In this document: piece after piece, positions 1 through 9,142 of the stretch
How positions within the stretch are numbered: the first letter of the stretch is position 1
Layout of the letters: each line of letters opens with the position of its first letter
DNA from: an uncultured Acidobacteriota bacterium
GTDB taxonomy: Bacteria; Acidobacteriota; Vicinamibacteria; Vicinamibacterales; 2-12-FULL-66-21
Length of the DNA stretch: 64,000 nucleotides
Reading direction: 5' to 3'
Assembly: GCA_963773005.1 (NCBI GenBank)
Contig: CAVYZR010000008.1
Span: 545,469-609,468 of the forward strand
Program-made: the position numbers and the translations under genes
Notes under the pieces: generated by a model
What the model was told of the DNA's origin: nothing
Seen by the model: only the letters and a program-made list of their open reading frames with translations
The model's database searches: none

Positions 1-100
1 GAGCCGTAAATCACCGGAATTCTCAGAATCATGGCGGAAACAGTCTATGGGGAGGTTTGCCCTCGATGCTGACTGTCTGCAGTATAATTTCACCGAGTCG

Positions 101-505
101 ATGGCTTCCGTCCGACGGCATCTCGCGTCGCTGGGGCTGGCCGTGGTGTTGTGCCACGTGGTCATGCAGGTTCTCGTTCCGGCAGCGCTCTGCTGTCAGA
201 AGCCGTTGACCACGTCCGGCAGTCGCGCGAGCGCCCATGAGTGCTGCCCTGAGGGCTCTCATCCCGGGAAAGTGTGTCCGATGCGCTCCCGGGCCGCTCA
301 GCAGAAGCAGTCGGCTGATTCGGATTGCGCCGTCCAGCCTCTCGTCGATCTGCACGACGTCCTGATTCTGCTGTCGAACGGCGGCGTCGTTCCGACGCTC
401 GTCGAGTTGGCGCGGCCTGCAGGTTCCGAATCCGCGCCGGCCACAGCTCTGCCGGCCGTCACGCTCGTCCCCTCCGTTCCTCTAGGCCCTCCGCCCCGCG
501 CCTGA
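101..505 (+). CDS. hypothetical small Cys/His-rich protein with hydrophobic N-terminus
   Basis: In-frame ATG at 101 inside track ORF 47..505 (MASVRRHLASLGLAVVLCHVV...). Contains the motif CC...HECCPEGSHPGKVCPM. Lies 54 nt upstream of, and co-oriented with, the TonB-dependent receptor. Family not recognised. Confidence 0.4.
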   Translation: MASVRRHLASLGLAVVLCHVVMQVLVPAALCCQKPLTTSGSRASAHECCPEGSHPGKVCPMRSRAAQQKQSADSDCAVQPLVDLHDVLILLSNGGVVPTLVELARPAGSESAPATALPAVTLVPSVPLGPPPRA

Positions 506-559
506 ACCGACCTCGATCGTTCATTTCGCTCGAAGTCCGTTCTCGTCGGGGAGGAGTCC

Positions 560-3421
560 ATGAATATTTCACGTGTCGCTTGTCGGCTTGGCGCGAAGCG
601 CCGGCCATGGATGTCGTTACTGATTGTCTTGGGATTGTGCGCGGCGCCAGCCGGCGCGCTCGCACAGGAGACCGTCAACTACGCGAGCGTCAGTGGACGC
701 GTCACCGACCCGCAAGGTGCCGGGGTCGGCGGCGCGCAGGTTTCCGCGCGTCAGACCGAAACCAATATCGCACGCACCGCAATTACCGACGCCGAAGGAC
801 GCTTTCGGTTTCCCTATCTGAGACTCGGACCGTACGAAATCGTCGTCCGTAGCCAGGGATTCTCGGACGCAACGCGACGGTTGAACCTCAACGTCGGTTC
901 GGCGTTCGATCTTCCCATTGCGCTAAAGCTCGAAGCGCTCGCGGAGAGCGTTACCGTCACCGGTACCGCCACAGTGCTCGAATCCGCGCGCAGTCAGATC
1001 GCTGGAACTGTCTCGCAGGCCGAAGTTGCCAGCCTGCCACTCAACGGGCGGAACTTTCTCGACATCGCTCTCCTCGTGCCTGGCGTCTCGCCGACAAACG
1101 TCGGCGGCACTCAACTGTTCGCTGAAACGTCAGCCGTTCCTGGCGCGGGTCTCTCGGTTGGCAGCCAACGGAATTTCTCGAACAATTTCATCGTCGACGG
1201 GCTGTCGGCCAACGACGATGCCGCTGGCCTCACCGGCATGCCCTACGGTGTCGACGCGGTCGATCAGTTTCAGGTGGTCACGTCGGGAGGGCAGGCCGAG
1301 CTCGGTCGCGCGCTCGGCGGCTACGTGAACGTCGTGACCAGGAGCGGCACGAATGCGGCGCGCGGCGATGTCTACGGCTACTTCCGCGACGATGCCTTCA
1401 ACGGTCGTAACGCACTCTCCGGGACCAAACTGCCGATGTCCCAGAAGCAGTACGGCGGAAGCCTGGGCGGGCCGATCGCGAGAGACCGCTCGTTTTTCTT
1501 CGCCAACGCCGAGCAACGCCTGCTGGATCAGACCGGGCTGACGACGATCCTCGATCCGAGCGTCGCCATCGTCAATGCCCGCCTCGCTGCGGTTGGCTAC
1601 CCCGGTTCGCGTGTTGCGACCGGCATCTATCCCAATCCGGTTCACAGCGTGAACGTTCTCGGAAAGATCGACCATCAGTTCAACGGCAGCGACCACTTCA
1701 GTATCAGGTACAGCCTGTACGACGTCACGTCCAGCAACTCACGTGGCGCCGGCGCGCTCAATGCCCCGTCGGCCTCCGCCGGCCTCGACAACCAGGATCA
1801 GACGCTGGCGTTCAGTAACACGTTGACCCTGTCTCCGAGCACGGTCAATGAGACCCGTGCGCAGTTTGCCCATGGCGACCTTCTGGCGCCTCCGACCGAT
1901 CCGATCGGCCCCGCTGTGAGCATCGCCGGTGTGGCGTCGTTCGGCACGTTATCAGGCAGCCCGACTGGCCGTCTGAACAAGATGTATCAGGTCGTCAACA
2001 ATCTTTCGCATCAAGCCGGGCCGCACGCGCTCAGGGCCGGCGTGGACTTCTTGTACAACGACGACAAGATCACATATCCGCGTTCGATTCGCGGCGCGTA
2101 CACGTTCTCGTCGCTGACGAATTTTCTTGTTGGCACCTACAACAACGCCGGCTTCACGCAGACCTTTGGCGAGACGACGGTGCTGCAGAGCAACGCGAAC
2201 ATCGGCATCTACGCCCAGGACGAATGGCGGGCGACGACATCACTGACCCTCAACCTGGGCTTACGCTACGATCTGCAGTTCCTCGAGACCATCGACACGG
2301 ACACCAACAACGTGTCGCCGCGTCTCGGGTTTGCCTGGACGCCGTTCCCGTCGCAGAACACCATCATCCGCGGTGCCGCGGGCCTTTTCTACGATCGCGT
2401 GCCCCTCCGAGCCGTCGCCAACGCGCTCCTTTCGGCGGGGAACACCACCGACCTCGCGAACCTTCGCCAGATTGGCGTTAGCCTGTCGCCGACGCAGATC
2501 GGCGCGCCGGTGTTTCCAAACATCCTCGCCGCGGTCGTGCCGACGGTCACGCTCGTCAACCTGACGACGATGCAGCCGGATATGAAAAACGCCTACTCGC
2601 AGCAGGCGAGCGTCGAAATCGAGCGCCAGCTCGGGGCTCGCAATACGGTCAGCGTCGGATATCAGTACATGCGCGGGCGCGACCTGATCATGGCCGTGAA
2701 CCAGAACGTGCCCTCGTGTGTGGCGTCCGGGACCAACAATGGATGCCGGCCAAATCCGAATTACGCGAACAACAGTCAGTATTCAGCGGTTGCCGCCTCT
2801 AACTATCACGGTCTCCACGTGTCGCTCCAGCAGCGGCCGGGTCAATGGGGCTATTACCGCGTCAGCTACACGTTTTCGAAGTCGATGAACAACGTCGGCG
2901 AGAACTTCTTCAGTTCTCCCATCGATCCGTTCGACCTCTCGAAGGACTGGGGTCGATCCGACGATGACCAGCGCCATCGGTTTGTGTTCACGGGCGGTGT
3001 CAACACCTCGATGGCGCCGGCCCGCGACACCTGGGAACTCGTCAGCCACGGATTTCAGTTGAGCAGCATGCTGCAGACGTACTCGGCGCTGCCGTTCAAC
3101 ATCACGTCCGGCGTGACGACCGTTCAGGGCACACCCGGACGTCCGATCGTCGATGGCGAGTTCATCCCGCGGAACGCCGGCATCGGCAGCGACTTCTTCA
3201 GCATGAGCCTGCGCCTCAGCCGGTCGTTTCCGATTGCCGGGCGTGTCCGGCTGGAAGGCCTGGCAGAAGTATTCAACCTCACGAACCGGACCAACAACCT
3301 CACGCGGAACACGAACTTCGGTTCAGGCGCGTATCCGACCAATCCGTCGCCGACATTCAATCAGATCACCGCGGTTGGGGATCCCAGAACATGGCAGTTT
3401 GCGTTGCGCGTGAAGTTTTGA
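560..3421 (+). CDS. TonB-dependent receptor with carboxypeptidase-regulatory-like N-terminal domain
   Basis: 953-aa ORF with a GGAGGAG Shine-Dalgarno just upstream and a signal peptide. N-terminal signature VSGRVTDPQGAGVGGAQV...TDAEGRFRFPYLRLGPYEIVV, plug-like LPLNGRNF, and a long beta-barrel ending in aromatic F. Confidence 0.85.
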   Translation: MNISRVACRLGAKRRPWMSLLIVLGLCAAPAGALAQETVNYASVSGRVTDPQGAGVGGAQVSARQTETNIARTAITDAEGRFRFPYLRLGPYEIVVRSQGFSDATRRLNLNVGSAFDLPIALKLEALAESVTVTGTATVLESARSQIAGTVSQAEVASLPLNGRNFLDIALLVPGVSPTNVGGTQLFAETSAVPGAGLSVGSQRNFSNNFIVDGLSANDDAAGLTGMPYGVDAVDQFQVVTSGGQAELGRALGGYVNVVTRSGTNAARGDVYGYFRDDAFNGRNALSGTKLPMSQKQYGGSLGGPIARDRSFFFANAEQRLLDQTGLTTILDPSVAIVNARLAAVGYPGSRVATGIYPNPVHSVNVLGKIDHQFNGSDHFSIRYSLYDVTSSNSRGAGALNAPSASAGLDNQDQTLAFSNTLTLSPSTVNETRAQFAHGDLLAPPTDPIGPAVSIAGVASFGTLSGSPTGRLNKMYQVVNNLSHQAGPHALRAGVDFLYNDDKITYPRSIRGAYTFSSLTNFLVGTYNNAGFTQTFGETTVLQSNANIGIYAQDEWRATTSLTLNLGLRYDLQFLETIDTDTNNVSPRLGFAWTPFPSQNTIIRGAAGLFYDRVPLRAVANALLSAGNTTDLANLRQIGVSLSPTQIGAPVFPNILAAVVPTVTLVNLTTMQPDMKNAYSQQASVEIERQLGARNTVSVGYQYMRGRDLIMAVNQNVPSCVASGTNNGCRPNPNYANNSQYSAVAASNYHGLHVSLQQRPGQWGYYRVSYTFSKSMNNVGENFFSSPIDPFDLSKDWGRSDDDQRHRFVFTGGVNTSMAPARDTWELVSHGFQLSSMLQTYSALPFNITSGVTTVQGTPGRPIVDGEFIPRNAGIGSDFFSMSLRLSRSFPIAGRVRLEGLAEVFNLTNRTNNLTRNTNFGSGAYPTNPSPTFNQITAVGDPRTWQFALRVKF

Positions 3422-3432
3422 GTCGAGAGCCG

Positions 3433-4719
3433 ATGAAAATCAGCAGGGGATGGCGTCTGGCGCGGCCGCTCGTTCTGGCAGCGATGGTGGCCTCGGCGTG
3501 TAGTGGAGATCGTGTGCCCGCACCACCTGTGGCGAGCAGCGTCGAGCCATCGCGGATCGCCCTTTCTGTCGCCGGTCGGTCGAATGCGGCGGCGTCTGTG
3601 GCTGCCTTCGGTCAGACCGTTGCCGCTGTGTGGACGGCGGCCACCAGCGATATGTCAGACGTCTATATCAGCATCAGCACGGATGGGGGCGCGACGTTTT
3701 CTGCTCCGGCACGGGTCAACGACATCGAGGGTGACGCCCGCGCTTCTGGAGAACAGGCCGCACGCGTGATGGTTGGCTACCGCAATGCCGTGCACGTCGT
3801 CTGGCCGGCGAAGCGCGAGGACCGTACCGTCATTCGTTACGCGGGCTCGAAGGATGGTGGTCGGACGTTCTCCCCGGCCGTGACCGTCGCGGGTGCGTCG
3901 TTGACCGGCGCCCGTGGCTGGCACGCAGCCACGCTGGGGTATGATGGCGGCGTCCAGCTGGTGTGGCTCGACGGACGTAACGCCGCACCGATGGCGCACG
4001 ATCACGGCAAAGTCGCATCCAAGCCAATGCGCATGCCGGGAGGCCCGCGTCAGGACATTTTTCACGCGTCGTGGAAGGGCGACAGTCGGCCGGTCGAACA
4101 CTTGATGCAGGCCAATGTCTGTTTCTGCTGCAAGACGGCCGTCGTCGCCTCCGGCGAGAAGGTCTACGCGGCCTGGCGCCACATCTATCCCGGCAGCCTG
4201 CGCGATATTGCCGTCGCGCGCTCGACGGACAACGGCGCCACCTTCGGCCCTCCCATTCGAGTCAGCGAGGATGGCTGGAAGATCGACGCGTGTCCCGACG
4301 ACGGGCCGGCGATGGCGGCGGACGGGCACGATGGCATCCACATCGCGTGGCCGACGCTCGTCGCCGGTGATACGCCGCGCAAAGCCATCTTTTACTCGAC
4401 GCTGAAGGGCGACAGCTTTGCGCCGCGCGTCCGGCTCGACGCGGGAGATGCCGACCCCGCGCACCCGCAGATCGCCGCCGACCACCATACGAACACCGCC
4501 GTCGTCTGGGATGAGCGGACCACCGACCGCCGGCGCATCGCGTTCAGGCCGGTCACGGACGGCACAGTAGAGGCGCCGCGATTTTTCGATGGCGACGGCG
4601 TCAGCCATCCGGTTGTCGCCGCGGGCGAGGGCTACTGGATCGTGTTGTGGTCCGCTCAGGATGCCAGCGGTGGATCAGTCATCGAGGGCCGGCGAATTCC
4701 TGCGCCCGCGCACCCCTGA
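3433..4719 (+). CDS. BNR/sialidase-like repeat protein, secreted (possible lipoprotein)
   Basis: ATG at 3433 within track ORF 3391..4719 gives a signal peptide MKISRGWRLARPLVLAAMVASAC. Three S-x-D-x-G-x-T-F BNR motifs (STDGGATFS, SKDGGRTFS, STDNGATFG). Starts 12 nt after the receptor stop. Confidence 0.7.
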   Translation: MKISRGWRLARPLVLAAMVASACSGDRVPAPPVASSVEPSRIALSVAGRSNAAASVAAFGQTVAAVWTAATSDMSDVYISISTDGGATFSAPARVNDIEGDARASGEQAARVMVGYRNAVHVVWPAKREDRTVIRYAGSKDGGRTFSPAVTVAGASLTGARGWHAATLGYDGGVQLVWLDGRNAAPMAHDHGKVASKPMRMPGGPRQDIFHASWKGDSRPVEHLMQANVCFCCKTAVVASGEKVYAAWRHIYPGSLRDIAVARSTDNGATFGPPIRVSEDGWKIDACPDDGPAMAADGHDGIHIAWPTLVAGDTPRKAIFYSTLKGDSFAPRVRLDAGDADPAHPQIAADHHTNTAVVWDERTTDRRRIAFRPVTDGTVEAPRFFDGDGVSHPVVAAGEGYWIVLWSAQDASGGSVIEGRRIPAPAHP

Positions 4720-4821
4720 CGACGTCCATCAGGGCGCTGGAGCCAGCGCGGGCCGCGGCCGAATCAGCCATGCTAGGATTTGCGCGCGGTGCCCAGATCC
4801 TGGCGGGAGACGGTTCGGCGA

Positions 4822-6558
4822 ATGCTGGCCCAGCTGGTGGGCGGTGCCGATCCACCGGCTGTCGAGTTCAGCGATCTGAACGAGCAGACCGCTTCCAGTA
4901 TTTCGCAGCGGGAGCAAGAACTGGCCGAGCATCAGCGCACCGAAGAGGCGCTCGCCAGACGCACGGCTGAACTCGAGGATGCACGAAGTTTTCTCGATTC
5001 GGTCCTCGAGAACCTGCCAGTCATGCTCTTCGTCAAGGATGCCCAGGACTTGCGGTTCGTCCGCTGGAACCGGGCAGAGGAAGAGGGATTGGGGATCGAT
5101 CGCGCCGCCGCGATCGGGAAAAGCGACTACGATTTCTTTCCCGAGCAGCAGGCGAGATTCTTCGAAGCCAAGGACCGCGCCGTCCTGACCGGCGGCCGCA
5201 TGGTGGATATTCCGGAAGAAGCGATCCAGACTGCCCACCGAGGCCTTCGTTTTCTTCATACGATCAAGGTCCCCGTTCGTGGCGCCGACGGGACACCGAA
5301 GTATCTGGTCGGAATCTCAGAAGACATCACCGATCGGAAGCGCGCCGAAGAGGAGCTGGCCCGGGCGCGCGAGCAGGAGGTCGAGATCGGCTTCCGGATC
5401 CAGCAGACGCTCCTGCTCGACCAGCCGCCTCGCGATCTGCCCGGCATCCGCGTCGCGGCCCTTACCATTCCGTCGCAGCGCATCGACGGCGACTTCTACG
5501 ATTTCTTCAAGCACCGCGACACATGCCTCGACGTCATCGTCGGAGACGTCATGGGCAAGGGGATCCCCGCGGCACTGATGGGCGCGGCAACCAAGAGTCA
5601 CTTTCTTCAGGCGCTCAGCCGCCTGCTTTCGCTGTCACCGCCCGGATCCCTTCCCGAACCCAAAGCGATTGTGACCCTGGCGCACTCGGAGGTTGCCCGC
5701 CAGCTCATCGAGCTCGAGAGCTTCGTGACGCTGTGCTACGCACGCTTCGACCTCGAACACCATCGGCTGGACTTCGTCGACTGCGGACACCCGGCGACGA
5801 TTCTCTTCACTGCCAGCACCGGCACGTGCCGCATGCTGCAAGGAGAGAACCTGCCCTTGGGGGTCCGCGAACAGGAGATCTACGAGCAGGTCTCAGTGCC
5901 TGTGGCGCCGGGCGACGTGCTGCTGTTCTATTCCGACGGACTGACCGAGACGCGCAACGGTTCGGGTGAGCTCTTTGGTGTCGAGCGCCTTTCGGAGTGC
6001 GTCCGGGAACACGGGCGGCTCGAGCCCGAGGATTTGATCGACGAGATCCGCAAGGCCGCGGTCGCCTTCTCCAATTCGGAAACTTTCGGCGACGACCTGA
6101 CGTGCGTCGCCGTCCGGATTGAAGAGCGAGAGATCCCGCTCGCTCACCGGGAGCTGGAGATTTCGAGCGACCTCCGGGAGTTGGCGCGCGCGCGCGCGTT
6201 CGTTCGAGACTTCTGCCAGACGGTCCCAGGCACTGCAATCGACGAGGAACGCGTGAGCCAGCTCGAGCTCGCGATCACTGAAGCTGCGAGCAACGTGATG
6301 CGCCATGCCTACCATGGGCGCACAGATCAGCAGATCCAATTGCAGGCGAGGGCCTTTGCCGACCGAATCACTTTTCGGTTACATCATCTCGGGGACGCCT
6401 TCGACCCCAACGCGGTGGAGGTTCCGTCGTTCGATGGCAGCGAAGACGGGGGTTTTGGCGTCTACATCATCGCGCAGTCCGTCGACGACGTGCGCTACGA
6501 CCGTGATGAGCGTGGGAGAAACTGCATTACCTTGACGAAAAAGCGGGCGACCGCCTGA
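4822..6558 (+). CDS. PAS - PP2C/SpoIIE phosphatase - HATPase (RsbW-like kinase) fusion protein
   Basis: Track ORF 4780..6558 begins at a TTG; the in-frame ATG at 4822 is preferred. PAS-like region (FLDSVLENLPVMLFVKD...ISEDITDRKRAEEEL). SpoIIE-like region (DGDFYDF...GDVMGKG...LLFYSDGLTE). C-terminal anti-sigma-kinase-like ATPase (LAITEAASNVMRHAY...GGFGVYII). Confidence 0.75.
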   Translation: MLAQLVGGADPPAVEFSDLNEQTASSISQREQELAEHQRTEEALARRTAELEDARSFLDSVLENLPVMLFVKDAQDLRFVRWNRAEEEGLGIDRAAAIGKSDYDFFPEQQARFFEAKDRAVLTGGRMVDIPEEAIQTAHRGLRFLHTIKVPVRGADGTPKYLVGISEDITDRKRAEEELARAREQEVEIGFRIQQTLLLDQPPRDLPGIRVAALTIPSQRIDGDFYDFFKHRDTCLDVIVGDVMGKGIPAALMGAATKSHFLQALSRLLSLSPPGSLPEPKAIVTLAHSEVARQLIELESFVTLCYARFDLEHHRLDFVDCGHPATILFTASTGTCRMLQGENLPLGVREQEIYEQVSVPVAPGDVLLFYSDGLTETRNGSGELFGVERLSECVREHGRLEPEDLIDEIRKAAVAFSNSETFGDDLTCVAVRIEEREIPLAHRELEISSDLRELARARAFVRDFCQTVPGTAIDEERVSQLELAITEAASNVMRHAYHGRTDQQIQLQARAFADRITFRLHHLGDAFDPNAVEVPSFDGSEDGGFGVYIIAQSVDDVRYDRDERGRNCITLTKKRATA

Positions 6559-6570
6559 AGGGGAGCGTTC

Positions 6571-6912
6571 ATGAACCTGACGCCGGAGAAGATCGGTGAC
6601 GTGACAGTCGTGGTCCTGCCCGGCGAACAGCTCGACGCCAGCAATGCCAAGGAGTTCAAGCGAGACATGGCGCCGCTCCTCGAACCGTGTCGAAGGGTGA
6701 TCTTCGACCTGGTCCAACTGCGCTTCGTCGATAGTTCGGGCCTTGGCGCGATCCTGTCCTCGTTGCGGCAACTGAATGCGAACGGCGGAGATCTGAAGCT
6801 CTGTGGGATGTCGAAGCCCGTGCGAGCGCTGTTCGAGCTGGTGCGGATGCACAAGATTTTCGAGATTCACGAGACCCGCGACGACGCCCTCCGCGCCTTT
6901 CAGGCGAAGTAG
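6571..6912 (+). CDS. STAS-domain anti-sigma-factor antagonist (RsbV/SpoIIAA-like)
   Basis: 113 aa with the typical STAS pattern LDASNAKEFKRDM...VIFDLVQLRFVDSSGLGAILS, where the Ser in DSSG is the candidate phospho-site. Starts 13 nt after the phosphatase/kinase gene, with an SD AGGGGAG upstream. Confidence 0.8.
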   Translation: MNLTPEKIGDVTVVVLPGEQLDASNAKEFKRDMAPLLEPCRRVIFDLVQLRFVDSSGLGAILSSLRQLNANGGDLKLCGMSKPVRALFELVRMHKIFEIHETRDDALRAFQAK

Positions 6913-8282
6913 CGGATGCCGATCGTCAGCAGTCCAAGGAACGCAAAGAACCCACAGAGATCCGTGCAGGCGGTCACGAACACGCTCGATGCGACGGCGG
7001 GATCGGCGCGCATCCAGCGCATCGCCAGCGGAATCAGGCTCGCGACCAGGGCGGCCACGAGATAGTTCACGAGCAGCGCCGCTCCCAGGACAACGGCCAG
7101 AAGCCCTTGCCCGTGGAGCAGGTAAATGGACAATCCGGCGGCAAGTCCCAACACCATGCCATTGCCGCATGCGACCGCCAGCTCCTTGAGCAGGATGGCG
7201 CGCGCGTGCGCCGCGCTGACCTGCCCGAGGGCGAGGCCGCGAACCATGACGGTGAGCGTCTGAACACCGGCGTTGCCTCCCTGCGCGGCGACGATCGTCA
7301 TCAACGCCGCGGCAAGCGCCATCGTGTGAATCGTGCCCTCGAACAGCCCGATCACGCTGGCGCTGAGGCTGGTCGTCACCAGGTTGAGTCCGAGCCACGG
7401 CAGCCGACGCCGGATCGTCCGTGCCGGTGTGTCGAAGATTGGCTCATTTTCACCGAGGCCTGACAGCTTCGATAGATCCTCGCTGGCCTCTTGTTGCAGG
7501 ACGTCGACTACGTCATCGACCGTGATACGGCCGAGGAGAGCGCCCCGCGGATCCGTCACGGGTATTGATACGAGGTCGTACTTCCTGAAGAGCTGCGCGA
7601 CTTCCTCCTGATCCGTGTCGACGGTGACGGAGATCACCTCGCGTTCCATCACCGCGTCCACCGTCTCCCCGGCTCGCGCCAGGATCAGCCGGGAAAGGGG
7701 AAGGACGCCAAGGAGATGGAAGCGATGATCGACCACGAACACGTTGTGAATGTCGCGGACCGCCTCCGCGAGGCTGCGGACGATCTCGACCGCCTCTTCA
7801 ACCGTTGCTCCTTCGAGCACCGCCGCGTACTCCGACTGCATCAAGCCGCCCGCAGTATCGGCGGGATAGCGGAGCAGTTGCTGGATCCGCGCGGAGAGCG
7901 CCCCCGGCAGTCCCTCCAGAATCGCCTGCGCGCGTTCCTTTGGAACCGAACCCAGCAGATCGGCGGCATCGTCGGAATCGAGCTCCTCCACGATCTGCCG
8001 CACGTGTTCGACCGGCAACGCCCGGACGATTTCCTGGCGGGCGTCAGGCGAGACCAGCCTGAGGACACGAGGACCGTCGTCGGACCGAACCGCGCGGAAC
8101 GTTTTGGTTCTGAGCTCCGGTCGATCGAGGACGTTGACGAGTTCTGCGACATCAGCCGGATGCCGCGAGAGGAGTAGCGCCTTGAGATCGTCGTCGCTTC
8201 CACTCTCTGCGGCGGCAACCAGTTCTTCGAGCGCGATGGCGGGTTCCAACGCGCCATCGTTGGAGTCGACGTTGGTGGGCAT
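6900..8282 (-). CDS. mgtE: magnesium transporter MgtE
   Basis: 460 aa with an MgtE N-domain, tandem CBS region (VFVVDHRFHLLGVL...ISVTVDTDQEEV...IPVTDPRGALLGRITVDDV) and five C-terminal TM helices. Its 3' end overlaps the convergent STAS gene by 13 nt. Confidence 0.85.
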   Translation of the reverse strand: MPTNVDSNDGALEPAIALEELVAAAESGSDDDLKALLLSRHPADVAELVNVLDRPELRTKTFRAVRSDDGPRVLRLVSPDARQEIVRALPVEHVRQIVEELDSDDAADLLGSVPKERAQAILEGLPGALSARIQQLLRYPADTAGGLMQSEYAAVLEGATVEEAVEIVRSLAEAVRDIHNVFVVDHRFHLLGVLPLSRLILARAGETVDAVMEREVISVTVDTDQEEVAQLFRKYDLVSIPVTDPRGALLGRITVDDVVDVLQQEASEDLSKLSGLGENEPIFDTPARTIRRRLPWLGLNLVTTSLSASVIGLFEGTIHTMALAAALMTIVAAQGGNAGVQTLTVMVRGLALGQVSAAHARAILLKELAVACGNGMVLGLAAGLSIYLLHGQGLLAVVLGAALLVNYLVAALVASLIPLAMRWMRADPAVASSVFVTACTDLCGFFAFLGLLTIGIRYFA

Positions 8283-8329
8283 GTCCTGCCAGATCGCTCG
8301 AATTCACCTAATTGTCAACTGGAATCTCG

Positions 8330-8393
8330 CCACGGATTACACGGACCACACGGACGGCCTAGAGCCACGGAATACACGGAAAACACGGATAGG
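8330..8393. repeat. CACGGA-type 9-mer tandem repeat block (family B)
   Basis: CCACGGATTACACGGACCACACGGACGG then CCACGGAATACACGGAAAACACGGATAGG. Lies between the mgtE start (8282) and the stop of the SGNH gene (8408). Confidence 0.8.
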
Positions 8394-8407
8394 GCCTGTG
8401 AGGCCCT

Positions 8408-9142
8408 TTATCGTGATGGCGCGACGGTGGTGTGGTCCGCAACTTCCTGTAACAGTTTGAGTGTGGGCGACGGCACTCCAGGTGGGCCGGGCAGTCCGAT
8501 CGCCGATTGAGCCGAGAGTCCCCTCCAAATCGTCAACGCCGCAAGGTACGAGCCCAGCCCGCTCGGATGAAACCCGTCGTCTGCGTAAAGCGCTAGTGAG
8601 GGATCGCGCCGCCACGCCTCCCGCCAAGCGTCTCCGGCCGGCAGCAGCGTGCCCGCGACGTCCTGCGCCGCCAGCGCGTACGACTCGCTGACGGCGTCGA
8701 AGTCGCGTTCGCGAGCCTTCGAGGGCCAGACCATATACAAGGCGGTGCGGGCGCCGACATGAGCGGCGTCGGCGGCGAATCGCTTGACGTAGTCGCGGAG
8801 CAGCACGCGTGATTCTGGCAGCGCCGATGGCCCTTGCTGGAGGACGACTATCGACCACCCGCCCTTCGCGACGGTCGCCCGCGCGGGTCCCTGGTTCCAG
8901 TGATCTTCCAGACTGAAATTGTTGGTCGTGACCGCCGTCGCGTCGACGACGGTCGCGGCGCCCTTCGCCCGTGAGAGCGCCTCGACCATCGCCGGTAGCC
9001 CGTTTGCCGCCGTCAGGCTGTTGCCAATGAAGAGGATGCGGAGCCCGCGAACTCGCGCCGCGCGCTTCTCTCCCGGAGCGTGAGAAGCGCCGACCGAGAC
9101 GGTCAGCACCAGCAATGCCGCGGCGTACCCGACTGCCTTCAC
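8408..9142 (-). CDS. SGNH/GDSL-like hydrolase, secreted
   Basis: C-terminal 244 codons of track ORF 8408..10090, starting at GTG 9142 (VKAVGYAAALLVLTVSVGAS signal). Motif ILFIGNSLT plus a C-terminal DDGFHPS. The GTG overlaps the upstream gene's TGA as GTGA (9139-9142). Confidence 0.65.
   Translation of the reverse strand: MKAVGYAAALLVLTVSVGASHAPGEKRAARVRGLRILFIGNSLTAANGLPAMVEALSRAKGAATVVDATAVTTNNFSLEDHWNQGPARATVAKGGWSIVVLQQGPSALPESRVLLRDYVKRFAADAAHVGARTALYMVWPSKARERDFDAVSESYALAAQDVAGTLLPAGDAWREAWRRDPSLALYADDGFHPSGLGSYLAALTIWRGLSAQSAIGLPGPPGVPSPTLKLLQEVADHTTVAPSR

Noticed and set aside
83-88. TATAAT hexamer as a promoter for the first gene
   Set aside because: No acceptable -35 at 16-19 nt spacing. 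It lies only 12 nt from the ATG and close to the window edge. It is mentioned in a finding but not called as a feature.
8283-8407. Mg2+ (M-box) riboswitch upstream of mgtE
   Set aside because: The spacer is only ~125 nt and is half occupied by CACGGA repeats. I could not recognise M-box conserved helices. A covariance-model scan would be decisive.
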